Position numbers and translations under genes: made by a program. From positions 40,784 to 104,783 of the forward strand of contig JAONAZ010000001.1 of the NCBI GenBank assembly GCA_028376655.1: a stretch of DNA of 64,000 bases, read 5' to 3'. The notes beneath the pieces were generated by a model that was not told the DNA's origin, did no database searches, and worked only from the letters and a program-made list of their open reading frames with translations. Every line of letters starts with the position of its first letter. The stretch's first letter is position 1. Of the stretch, positions 48,173 to 55,661 are shown one piece after another. This stretch comes from Acidimicrobiia bacterium. GTDB taxonomy: Bacteria; Actinomycetota; Acidimicrobiia; Actinomarinales; Actinomarinaceae.

Positions 48173-49660
48173 CTAATAATTATTGATAATTTTTATATCA
48201 TCCATTAAATGGCCAAGTGAATTTTGCATTGCTGAATTAATATCTTTAAATCTTACTCTCAATGTTGTGACACCATCAGGTACTGTATATGTTCCAGAAT
48301 ATTCTGTCCATGTATACTGTGTAGAATATTGTCCAATTTCAACTTCTGAACCAGGTGCTCCCAAATAAAATCCAACAGTGTCTGTACCGCTTCTTCCTCT
48401 GTGCCAGAAACTCCAGCTTATTTCATCACCTGGAGAAACACTCACGTCTTGATATATTGAAGATAATCCATTTGAGTTTAATTCAAGATGGTGAGTGCCA
48501 TCTACAGATGCAACACCCTTATGTCCTGATTCCCAAATTTCAATTGGTCTATCACCCGATTCATCTAAATTCTGATTAGTCCATCCAGGGAAAGAACTAT
48601 TAGTAAAAAATTCAGTTGCATTACTTGCTACTGGATCGCCGTCGTAGTTTTCAAATGAACCATTTGTAATCAAATCAGTTGGTGGAAGTGTGGTTGTGGT
48701 TGTGGTTGTGGTTGTAGTTGTGGTTGTAGTTGTGGTTGTGGTTGTGGTTGTGGTTGTAGTTGTAGAAGTAGTAGTAACAGCAAGAGTTGGATTATCTGTA
48801 CTGAGGTTGCCGTTATCATCGTATGCAACAATCTCTAAGGCATAAGATGTTCCAGCAGTTAAGGCGTCTAAAAAGATAGAGTTATTATCATTTTCTCTTA
48901 TATATTCACCCTTTAGTACACCATCTAGATAGAAGTAATAACCAGCAACATTGATATTATCTTCTGCTGGTCTCCATAAAACTTCAAAGTATGTTTCTGT
49001 TGTGTTTTGTATATTTATTGTCTTATCTGGCCAAGTAGGTAGTTCATCATCTACATAAACAGTTGTTGTTGAAGACGTAGTTGTTGTAGATGTAGTTGAA
49101 GATGTAGTTGTTGAAGACGTAGTTGTTGCAGGCGTAGTTGTTGCAGGCGTAGTTGTTGCAGGCGTAGTTGTTGATGTACTTGATGGTGCAGCAGCTGTTG
49201 TAGAAGTAGTTGTTGAATCATCGGTGATAGAGATATCCTCAACAGTGTCCAAGTCAAGAATTACAATATCGTTATCCTCTTCAACAATCTCATTGGTATC
49301 GCTACCTTCTATAACAATCACATTTTCAATTGAGTCAACAATATTTTCATCAGGCTGGTTTGAATTAACATTATTAAATGCAAATAAAGAGAAAAATGTT
49401 AAACCCGAAATAAGGCCATACAGGTAGCCTCTTCTTGTAAATAGCGCAAGAAATGCTGAAAGAAAACCTGATAAATAATTCCAGAACAAAATAAAAAATA
49501 AGAATCTTCTCTTTTCAGTAAAATATTTTGTTAGTTCAATTACCTGGTCATGAGTTAATTTTTGTTCAGAAGAATTAACATCTAGTTTTAATTTATTGGC
49601 AGCCTTTAAAACTTCATCAATTGATCTTTTTAATCTGTCTGCAAGAATATATAACTTCAT
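48173..49660 (-). CDS. membrane-anchored mucin-like surface protein: N-terminal TM segment, acidic region, Thr/Pro-rich linkers, FN3-like domain, (Thr)~27 tract, C-terminal beta-rich putative carbohydrate-binding domain
   Basis: Translation shows STTTPATTTPATTTPATTT, an FN3-like block (YFEVLWRPAEDN...YALEIVAYDDNGNLS) and a 27-residue poly-Thr run. The underlying DNA has 6-bp and 15-bp tandem repeats. Confidence 0.7.
   Translation of the reverse strand: MKLYILADRLKRSIDEVLKAANKLKLDVNSSEQKLTHDQVIELTKYFTEKRRFLFFILFWNYLSGFLSAFLALFTRRGYLYGLISGLTFFSLFAFNNVNSNQPDENIVDSIENVIVIEGSDTNEIVEEDNDIVILDLDTVEDISITDDSTTTSTTAAAPSSTSTTTPATTTPATTTPATTTSSTTTSSTTSTTTTSSTTTVYVDDELPTWPDKTINIQNTTETYFEVLWRPAEDNINVAGYYFYLDGVLKGEYIRENDNNSIFLDALTAGTSYALEIVAYDDNGNLSTDNPTLAVTTTSTTTTTTTTTTTTTTTTTTTTTTTTTLPPTDLITNGSFENYDGDPVASNATEFFTNSSFPGWTNQNLDESGDRPIEIWESGHKGVASVDGTHHLELNSNGLSSIYQDVSVSPGDEISWSFWHRGRSGTDTVGFYLGAPGSEVEIGQYSTQYTWTEYSGTYTVPDGVTTLRVRFKDINSAMQNSLGHLMDDIKIINNY
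48688..48776. repeat. imperfect tandem hexanucleotide repeats (ggttgt/agttgt) encoding poly-Thr
   Basis: tggttgtggttgtggttgtggttgtagttg... seen directly. Confidence 0.85.
49118..49162. repeat. 15-bp tandem repeat x3 (gtagttgttgcaggc) encoding TTPAT repeats
   Basis: cgtagttgttgcaggcgtagttgttgcaggcgtagttgttgcaggc seen directly. Confidence 0.85.
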
Positions 49661-49781
49661 TTAAGAGATATTAATGTGTAACTTCATTTAAGAGCTATTT
49701 TAGTAGACAAGAAGGGGGTGACAGAGTTGTAGGTGTGTGCAGAAGTGTGTGCAGTTTTGGTATTGATAGGGGAAAACCCTA

Positions 49782-49824
49782 GTGGCCAGAGGCAGAATCG
49801 AACTGCCGACCCCTTGTTTTTCAG
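49782..49824. repeat. attachment-site repeat: 43-bp perfect copy of the tRNA-Phe 3' half (internal att between the two island segments)
   Basis: gtggccagaggcagaatcgaactgccgaccccttgtttttcag is identical to 52351..52393. Confidence 0.85.
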
Positions 49825-49886
49825 GGAAAAACCATTATGGCCTACTTGTTTCATTTTAATAGAATCATATAGATTTAAACAATTTT

Positions 49887-50249
49887 TTAATAAATGAGAA
49901 CTCTGTCTGCTTCAAAAGTTAACTCAACTAACTTATTAGGAGTTGCAGGCGTAAAGCCAAGCTCTTCTAATTGTTCTTTTGTAATACCACGAGCGGCAGC
50001 TGATTTTCCAGATGCATATAAATGTGCACCCTTTTCCTTTAGTACTACAAGATGATCTTCAAGAGTTCCTAATCCAACTCCCTTCATTTCTTGAGTGGTT
50101 ATTTCATGGAGACTTGTTACCCCATCTCCCGCACAGAAAATAGTGACTTCATTACCATCTTGAATAGCTGATTTTGCGACTAAAAATCCTAAGACTGCAC
50201 GACTTGGATTTTCAACTCCTGTAATTATATGTACTAACAATTTATTCAT
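49887..50249 (-). CDS. DsrE/DsrF-like family protein (sulfur-relay/peroxiredoxin-like fold)
   Basis: 120 aa, with VHIITGVENPSRAVLGFLVAKSAIQDGNEVTIFCAGDGV resembling the DsrE-family N-terminal region including the conserved Cys. Confidence 0.4.
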   Translation of the reverse strand: MNKLLVHIITGVENPSRAVLGFLVAKSAIQDGNEVTIFCAGDGVTSLHEITTQEMKGVGLGTLEDHLVVLKEKGAHLYASGKSAAARGITKEQLEELGFTPATPNKLVELTFEADRVLIY

Positions 50250-50291
50250 ACCTCAATATTAAAACTAAAGACTCGATAATATCTATTAGTT

Positions 50292-51674
50292 ATGAATTTT
50301 CTCTCCATGATTAAGAACAAACTTGGTGCATTGTCTATCTCATTAGGAATTTTTGCAGTTGTCACCACTATTAACTCCCAAACAATTCAACTTACACTTT
50401 GGGATAGAGATTTCGAAAAACCAATTGCTATTTTGCAATGGGTGAATCTCTCCTACTTATTAATGGCTGCTGTCTCAACTCTTTTAATTGGTAGATTTGC
50501 TGATTTAATTGGAAGAAAAAGAATGTTTATCTATGGTCTTTTAATCTACGGACTTTCAACATCTCTTCTTGTTGCTGTAAATTCTTTTGAACTTTTACTT
50601 GTTGCTAGGGGGCTCCAAGCATTAGGGGCACAATGTGTCATGGGTCTTAGTGTTGGTCTAATGACAACTATGTTTGGTGATGAGAATAGAGGATCTGCAG
50701 TTGGGTTAATTGCCTCAATTGGTTCTGTCTCTGTACTGTTTATTCCATTAACTATTGGCTACTTAGCTGAATACAACAACTGGAGGCTGTTTTTCATCTT
50801 ACCAGTAGCAATTTCTTTTATTAGTGCATATATTTTGCTTCGAGTAAATCTTGGCACAGAGACTGTAACAATTGATAAAGTAGATGTTAAGTCTTTAGTG
50901 TTTATTACATTAATACTCTCTAGTTTCTCATCAGCACTTACATTTTTTAGAGTTGAAAATATTACAAATACTATTAGCTTTCTACTTCTCTTCTTATGTC
51001 CTTATTTCATCTGGTTGTTCTATAAAAGACAGAAATCTGTTGCTAACCCTATCTTTCCACGAGGAGTGTTTTCAGATAAACGATTTCAAATCTCTCTTTT
51101 CACAATTGTTATCTACTTCATCTCTATTGGTGGATGGTCTATTCTCTCCCCATATTTTTTCACACAGGGTTTAGGTTTAAACTCTTTTGAGTATGGACTC
51201 ATTGGAACAGGGTTTGGTTTAATTCTTGTACCAATGGCGATTGTTGCTGGAAGAATTTATGACAAAAAAGGACTGAGAACTTCTCTTTATATTGGAGCTT
51301 ATGGAAATATTATTGCTGGGATAATCTGGTTAACAACTCCTTACTTTCTTAATATTCCTTATATCCTGCTTAATGGAATTTTTGGTATTGCCCCAGTTGT
51401 ATCTTCTGTTGCAACCGATGCTGAGATAATGTCTAAGTTCAATCTAGAGAACAGAGGGACGGGTTCATCCATGATTGAAACCCTTCATGTAATATTTGCT
51501 TTTGCTGGAACAGTTCTCTACTCAACAATATATGATTTTTCATTAGAGATATTTGTTGGAGGCGAAGCAACATATAGTACAGAAATGTTCTGCTTTATTA
51601 CAGGTATTCTTGCAATAATTAATTGGGGTATCCTTGCTATTCTTGTGAAAAAAAATGAGTCGCAACTTCAATAA
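50292..51674 (+). CDS. MFS transporter
   Basis: 460 aa, 12-14 TM helices. GRFADLIGRKRMF is the MFS motif A-like (G-R-x-x-D-R-x-G-R-K). Confidence 0.7.
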   Translation: MNFLSMIKNKLGALSISLGIFAVVTTINSQTIQLTLWDRDFEKPIAILQWVNLSYLLMAAVSTLLIGRFADLIGRKRMFIYGLLIYGLSTSLLVAVNSFELLLVARGLQALGAQCVMGLSVGLMTTMFGDENRGSAVGLIASIGSVSVLFIPLTIGYLAEYNNWRLFFILPVAISFISAYILLRVNLGTETVTIDKVDVKSLVFITLILSSFSSALTFFRVENITNTISFLLLFLCPYFIWLFYKRQKSVANPIFPRGVFSDKRFQISLFTIVIYFISIGGWSILSPYFFTQGLGLNSFEYGLIGTGFGLILVPMAIVAGRIYDKKGLRTSLYIGAYGNIIAGIIWLTTPYFLNIPYILLNGIFGIAPVVSSVATDAEIMSKFNLENRGTGSSMIETLHVIFAFAGTVLYSTIYDFSLEIFVGGEATYSTEMFCFITGILAIINWGILAILVKKNESQLQ

Positions 51675-52348
51675 AAAGGTAGTCAACTCGTTCCCAGTTA
51701 ATATTTAAATCGATATTTTTCACTCTTATTGAAATTTTAGCTTTCCTCGTCCTCTTCTTTTTGAGCTACCCAAGTAATTTTATATCTACTGAAAGGGATA
51801 CCCCATTTTTCAATATGTTTAAGTAGCTTTTTTTCTTGACGCTGTGTTAGGTAGGCCATATTCATATTGTAAACAGGGTAAACAATTTGTTCTCTTTAAA
51901 TATTGAGGCCATACATATACATATAGAGGGGGTTCATATTGACATATCCTTTACTTTTAGAAAGTTGCCTTATATTGCCCGAGGTGTAACGCATTATATA
52001 GAGGCACCGGCAAATTGATATATGCATTAAGTGTCTAGCTAGGTGTCTTGCTCTCAAGATACTACGACTTTTTTGTGTGTAGACAGGGGGATAGTTTTTT
52101 TTCCTAGATACATTATCCACCACCCCCAATACTTAACTCCCTTTTTTTTCTCCCAAATATAGGGTGGTTTTTTACATCATCATTTATAGGCTATTTCAAA
52201 ACAAGTGCAATAAATATAGGATTTAGAAATGTCATATATGGTGTATATCGTTCCAATGTTTATAGGGTTTTACATATATCTGTGGGGCGATAATGGGGAC
52301 GATTAGCTTAGGCGTTCGTTCTGTACTCTGGAATAACCAATGGAACAT

Positions 52349-52424
52349 TGGTGGCCAGAGGCAGAATCGAACTGCCGACCCCTTGTTTTTCAGACAAGTG
52401 CTCTACCGACTGAGCTATCTGGCC
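52349..52424 (-). tRNA. tRNA-Phe (anticodon GAA), CCA encoded
   Basis: Reverse complement GGCCAGATAGCTCAGTCGGTAGAGCACTTGTCTGAAAAACAAGGGGTCGGCAGTTCGATTCTGCCTCTGGCCACCA folds as a cloverleaf: 7-bp acceptor, GCTC/GAGC D-stem, anticodon loop CTGAAAA, TTCGATT T-loop. Confidence 0.9.
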
Positions 52425-52427
52425 GTA

Positions 52428-52505
52428 TGGCGGGGACGACGGGATTCGAACCCGCGACCTCCTGCGTGACAGGCAGGCGTGAACTCCAGACTTCACCACG
52501 CCCCC
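52428..52505 (-). tRNA. tRNA-Asp (anticodon GTC), CCA encoded
   Basis: Reverse complement GGGGGCGTGGTGAAGTCTGGAGTTCACGCCTGCCTGTCACGCAGGAGGTCGCGGGTTCGAATCCCGTCGTCCCCGCCA. The anticodon arm CCTGCCTGTCACGCAGG is identical to E. coli tRNA-Asp. It lies 3 nt upstream of tRNA-Phe. Confidence 0.85.
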
Positions 52506-52559
52506 GATTTCTAAATTATAACTTATTTAAATGTTTTCAATGGTTTTTTTTAATTTACA

Positions 52560-54008
52560 ATGGGTGTTATGAAATTAATAAGTTATATAAAATATCTTTT
52601 TCGTTTTCTCTTTTTGCAGACAGTACTTACTTCTTTTTCAATTTATTATTTTGATAAGTTCCTAATTGGTGATTATTTTGAAGGATATTTAATAATTAGA
52701 GATAACTTGCTTGAAGATAGAGACCGTTTTTATCCCTTTATTACAAATGATTTTATTAAAACTGATATATATATTGCTCTTTTTATATTTATTTTTTTAA
52801 TAATTCTTTACTCTACAAATTTTTACACATATGTAAACGAACTAACATATACTCTAGAAAAAAAGTTTTTTGATGAATTTTTCCCAATTTATCTTTTATG
52901 GACAAGCTGTATGTTTGTTTTCTTTTATGTATTGAGATTTTCAATACTAGCAAGAAGCTACTTGATACTATTCACATTTTTAGTACCGTTGATTCTTATT
53001 CTGTTTAGAAATAGTGAACTTCTTTCATCGTTACTAGGCAGATCTGTTTCAGGTGAAAGTTTTATTACGTTTAACCTTGATAAAGACTCGATTTATAGAA
53101 AATTAAGAATTATGACATTCAGAAAAAATATTGGCGACTATGAACTTTCAGATTTTAAAAATCCTAATGAGATAATAAATTCCATAGATGAGATAAATAA
53201 AAATACTGAAATGAATTTACTTATTTTTAATTTAGGTACAGTAAAAACTCTTCCAGTAGAACTTGAGAAGTATCTTATAAAAATAAATAAAAAAATACTT
53301 TTAATCTCAGAAGATCGCATTGAATTTAACAATAAATTTATTTATAGAAGTGAAAAACTAGATGGTTCTTTCTTAACCTACTTCAATAACGATATTCAAT
53401 ATGGATCCAAATATATTGTAAAAAGAATATTGGATATTCTAGTATCATTTACAGTAATAACCCTGTTGTCTCCGTTGTATGTGTTTTTATATTTATTTAT
53501 ACTCATCAAAGATGGTAGGCCAGTAGTCATTAAGCAAAATAGAGTTGGCCTACATGGAAAACAATTTTCTATGTACAAATTTAGAACAATGAAAAATAAT
53601 TCCCATTCCTTACGAGGTGAGCTAAGTGATTTGAATGAAAGAAAAGGGCCTATTTTTAAAATAGAAAATGATCCCAGAATACTTCAAGGAGCAAATTTCA
53701 TCAGAGACTTTAGTTTTGACGAACTTCCACAATTCTTCAATGTAATTAAGGGAAGTATGTCTGTAGTCGGTCCTAGGCCATTATTTGATAATGATACAAA
53801 GTCCTTCAGCACAAACTATATGAGAAGGTTGAATGTCATGCCGGGCATAACAGGTTTACTACAAATTAATGATCGAAATGCTACTGAGTTTTCAACATGG
53901 TATAAATATGATATTTTATATATAGAGAATTGGTCAATAGCACTTGATTTAAAAATTATATTAAAAACTCCATTAGCACTGATTAAATCTAAAACCAAAG
54001 GCATCTAA
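52560..54008 (+). CDS. polyprenyl-phosphate hexose-1-phosphate transferase (WbaP/PglC/EpsL-type 'bacterial sugar transferase'), the initiating enzyme of glycan assembly
   Basis: C-terminal domain ILDILVSFTVITLLSPLYVFLYLFI...DGRPVVIKQNRVGLHGKQFSMYKFRTM...DELPQFFNVIKGSMSVVGPRPL is the Bac_transf signature. Four N-terminal TM helices and a central linker. Confidence 0.85.
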   Translation: MGVMKLISYIKYLFRFLFLQTVLTSFSIYYFDKFLIGDYFEGYLIIRDNLLEDRDRFYPFITNDFIKTDIYIALFIFIFLIILYSTNFYTYVNELTYTLEKKFFDEFFPIYLLWTSCMFVFFYVLRFSILARSYLILFTFLVPLILILFRNSELLSSLLGRSVSGESFITFNLDKDSIYRKLRIMTFRKNIGDYELSDFKNPNEIINSIDEINKNTEMNLLIFNLGTVKTLPVELEKYLIKINKKILLISEDRIEFNNKFIYRSEKLDGSFLTYFNNDIQYGSKYIVKRILDILVSFTVITLLSPLYVFLYLFILIKDGRPVVIKQNRVGLHGKQFSMYKFRTMKNNSHSLRGELSDLNERKGPIFKIENDPRILQGANFIRDFSFDELPQFFNVIKGSMSVVGPRPLFDNDTKSFSTNYMRRLNVMPGITGLLQINDRNATEFSTWYKYDILYIENWSIALDLKIILKTPLALIKSKTKGI

Positions 54009-54015
54009 TTCATTG

Positions 54016-54088
54016 TGGGTCGGGTGGGAATCGAACCCACGACCTTGAGCTTAAAAGGCTCCTGCTCTACCAATTGAGCTACCGACCC
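54016..54088 (-). tRNA. tRNA-Lys (anticodon TTT), no encoded CCA
   Basis: Reverse complement GGGTCGGTAGCTCAATTGGTAGAGCAGGAGCCTTTTAAGCTCAAGGTCGTGGGTTCGATTCCCACCCGACCCA. Anticodon loop CTTTTAA. Very similar to E. coli tRNA-Lys. Confidence 0.85.
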
Positions 54089-54143
54089 AATAACTATTAA
54101 AGAATACTATACCTCCAAACCTTATATAAATAATTTGTATATA

Positions 54144-54404
54144 TTATTCTTCTTCATTAGTCCTTAGCTTATTCTGCCTATCTTTGTTAATGTCTTTAAC
54201 GTTGACTGTTGATAACTGAAATTGGTTCTGAAGGCTTTCGATATTATTAATAGTTTCTTTTTTAGTTTCTTCATTTAATGATGACAGCTTGATGGAGTCC
54301 AACAATTTGTTAAATATTTCGAAAGTTTCGTCAAGAGTATCTCCTAATGAGTCTTGTAGGTCTTGGACAAGATTATCATCACTTTCTGTTTTTTTTTCAT
54401 TCAT
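54144..54404 (-). CDS. small acidic hypothetical protein (86 aa)
   Basis: ORF with biased acidic/coiled-coil-like composition. No motif recognised. Confidence 0.3.
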   Translation of the reverse strand: MNEKKTESDDNLVQDLQDSLGDTLDETFEIFNKLLDSIKLSSLNEETKKETINNIESLQNQFQLSTVNVKDINKDRQNKLRTNEEE

Positions 54405-54418
54405 ACAAAGATTATAAA

Positions 54419-55261
54419 TTAATATTTAGCCTTGTCTTTAAATTTAAGATTTGGTTTGTTAGTTAATCTTTGTTTCGCCCATCTTGCGGGAGCAATCAGT
54501 CTAAAAAAAGGTGGTAATAAAGGTCTTGTATATTTCAAGAGCTTCAAATTAAATGCCAATATAAAGTTTTTAATTTGTGATTCTTTTATCCCATATATTT
54601 TTTTGAATTCTGGAGGTAAAGTGTTAAAGGCAGTAAACGCAATAAATGGCCAAATTGGTTTTATGTGACGCGGGACTGGTCCACCCCTAATGATATTTTT
54701 TACATCTTGAGCTACATCAGTATTCATTAAAAAATCTTTTTGTTTTGATTTTTGTATAACCCAGTTTTTTAATTCTTCGTGTGTGTCTGGCATAAGATTT
54801 GTATCTACTAAAACTAACTCTGCTGCTTTTGTGTTTTCTTCATGGTATTGGTTTTTCTCTTTATCACTTAACTTTTTAACAGTTAATTCGTAAAAGTAGA
54901 TTGAGGAAATCTGCAAACAAGCATGTACCCAAAGGAGTTGTTCGTGATCAAGCGCATCATATATTTCACCAGAAACCTCATCAGTTCCTTTGATAACTTC
55001 ATGAAGTTTATTAATTCTATTTGCACTTTCTTCAGCTTCTTTCTTGGTTCCAAAGGTAAGAGAGTTTTGTAATGATAACGTACGTATTAGCCTCTTCCAC
55101 GGATCTCTTTGGTAAAACGAAGTTTGTCTTGCCCCAGCAGCAATTAATGGGTGGGCTGCATGCATTAGCAATGCTCGGGCTCCTCCGAAAAGAACTGTAA
55201 TTTCTTTATTAATTTTCCACATCATGGATGTGGGGCCAAAGTAACCTGGGTCTCCATTCAT
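54419..55261 (-). CDS. DUF2236/MpaB-like (ER-bound-oxygenase-type) domain protein
   Basis: GPTSMMWKINKEITVLFGGARALLMHAAHPLIAAGARQTSFYQRDPWKRLIRTL matches the conserved N-terminal block of the DUF2236/MpaB/LnaB oxygenase family. Confidence 0.5.
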   Translation of the reverse strand: MNGDPGYFGPTSMMWKINKEITVLFGGARALLMHAAHPLIAAGARQTSFYQRDPWKRLIRTLSLQNSLTFGTKKEAEESANRINKLHEVIKGTDEVSGEIYDALDHEQLLWVHACLQISSIYFYELTVKKLSDKEKNQYHEENTKAAELVLVDTNLMPDTHEELKNWVIQKSKQKDFLMNTDVAQDVKNIIRGGPVPRHIKPIWPFIAFTAFNTLPPEFKKIYGIKESQIKNFILAFNLKLLKYTRPLLPPFFRLIAPARWAKQRLTNKPNLKFKDKAKY

Positions 55262-55352
55262 ATTTTACATTTTATCTGCTTTTGTTAAATACAAATAATC
55301 ATATATATAAATAACACAAGAAATATAAATTTGATTTAGCGATAATTGTGGT

Positions 55353-55661
55353 ATGAATAAAAAAATATATTCTATTTGTGGAGATTCAAATCAGATTGTT
55401 GACTTTGAAACGATAGGTAATGATCCCAATTTTGTCTTTAAAAATGATCCAAATTTTGAAACGATAGTACTTTATGACCCAGAAGGAAACATTGTAAATG
55501 TTAATTCTTGGTTAGAGTGCGCTAATTATGTAAACGGTGTGTGGACTAATGGTCTGTACGAACAACTTGATTTTGAAAGAATGCTATTTTTCTTGACAGT
55601 ATCTTCAATTTTTTTATATCTAGTGTTTAAAAAGATTTGGAAAGTTAGAAATTATCAATGA
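55353..55661 (+). CDS. small hypothetical protein with a C-terminal TM segment
   Basis: 102-aa ORF whose stop overlaps the start of the next gene (ATGA). Confidence 0.3.
   Translation: MNKKIYSICGDSNQIVDFETIGNDPNFVFKNDPNFETIVLYDPEGNIVNVNSWLECANYVNGVWTNGLYEQLDFERMLFFLTVSSIFLYLVFKKIWKVRNYQ

Larger units (their letters stand above)
47424..52348 (-). mobile_element. two tandem tRNA-Phe-integrated island segments (47468..49781 and 49825..52348) bounded by direct repeats of the tRNA 3' half; integrase degraded
   Basis: Three copies of the 43-44 bp tRNA-Phe 3'-half (47424, 49782, 52351), a truncated tyrosine recombinase, and cargo unrelated to the flanking glycan genes. Confidence 0.7.

Noticed and set aside
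49051-49427. Track ORFs 49051..49257 (-) and 49224..49427 (+), with LQQLRLQQ-type products
   Set aside because: These are alternative-frame or antisense readings of the tandem-repeat DNA that encodes the poly-Thr tracts of the 48173..49660 gene.
51896-52129. Track ORF 51896..52129 (-), 77 aa
   Set aside because: It lies in the GC-richer non-coding spacer next to tRNA-Phe and has no coding-like composition or motif. Treated as non-coding; see the finding on this spacer.
52308-52654. Track ORFs 52308..52499 (-) and 52340..52654 (+)
   Set aside because: They lie entirely over the tRNA-Phe/tRNA-Asp pair. Products such as MEHWWPEAESNCRPLVFQTSALPTELS are read-throughs of tRNA sequence, not proteins.
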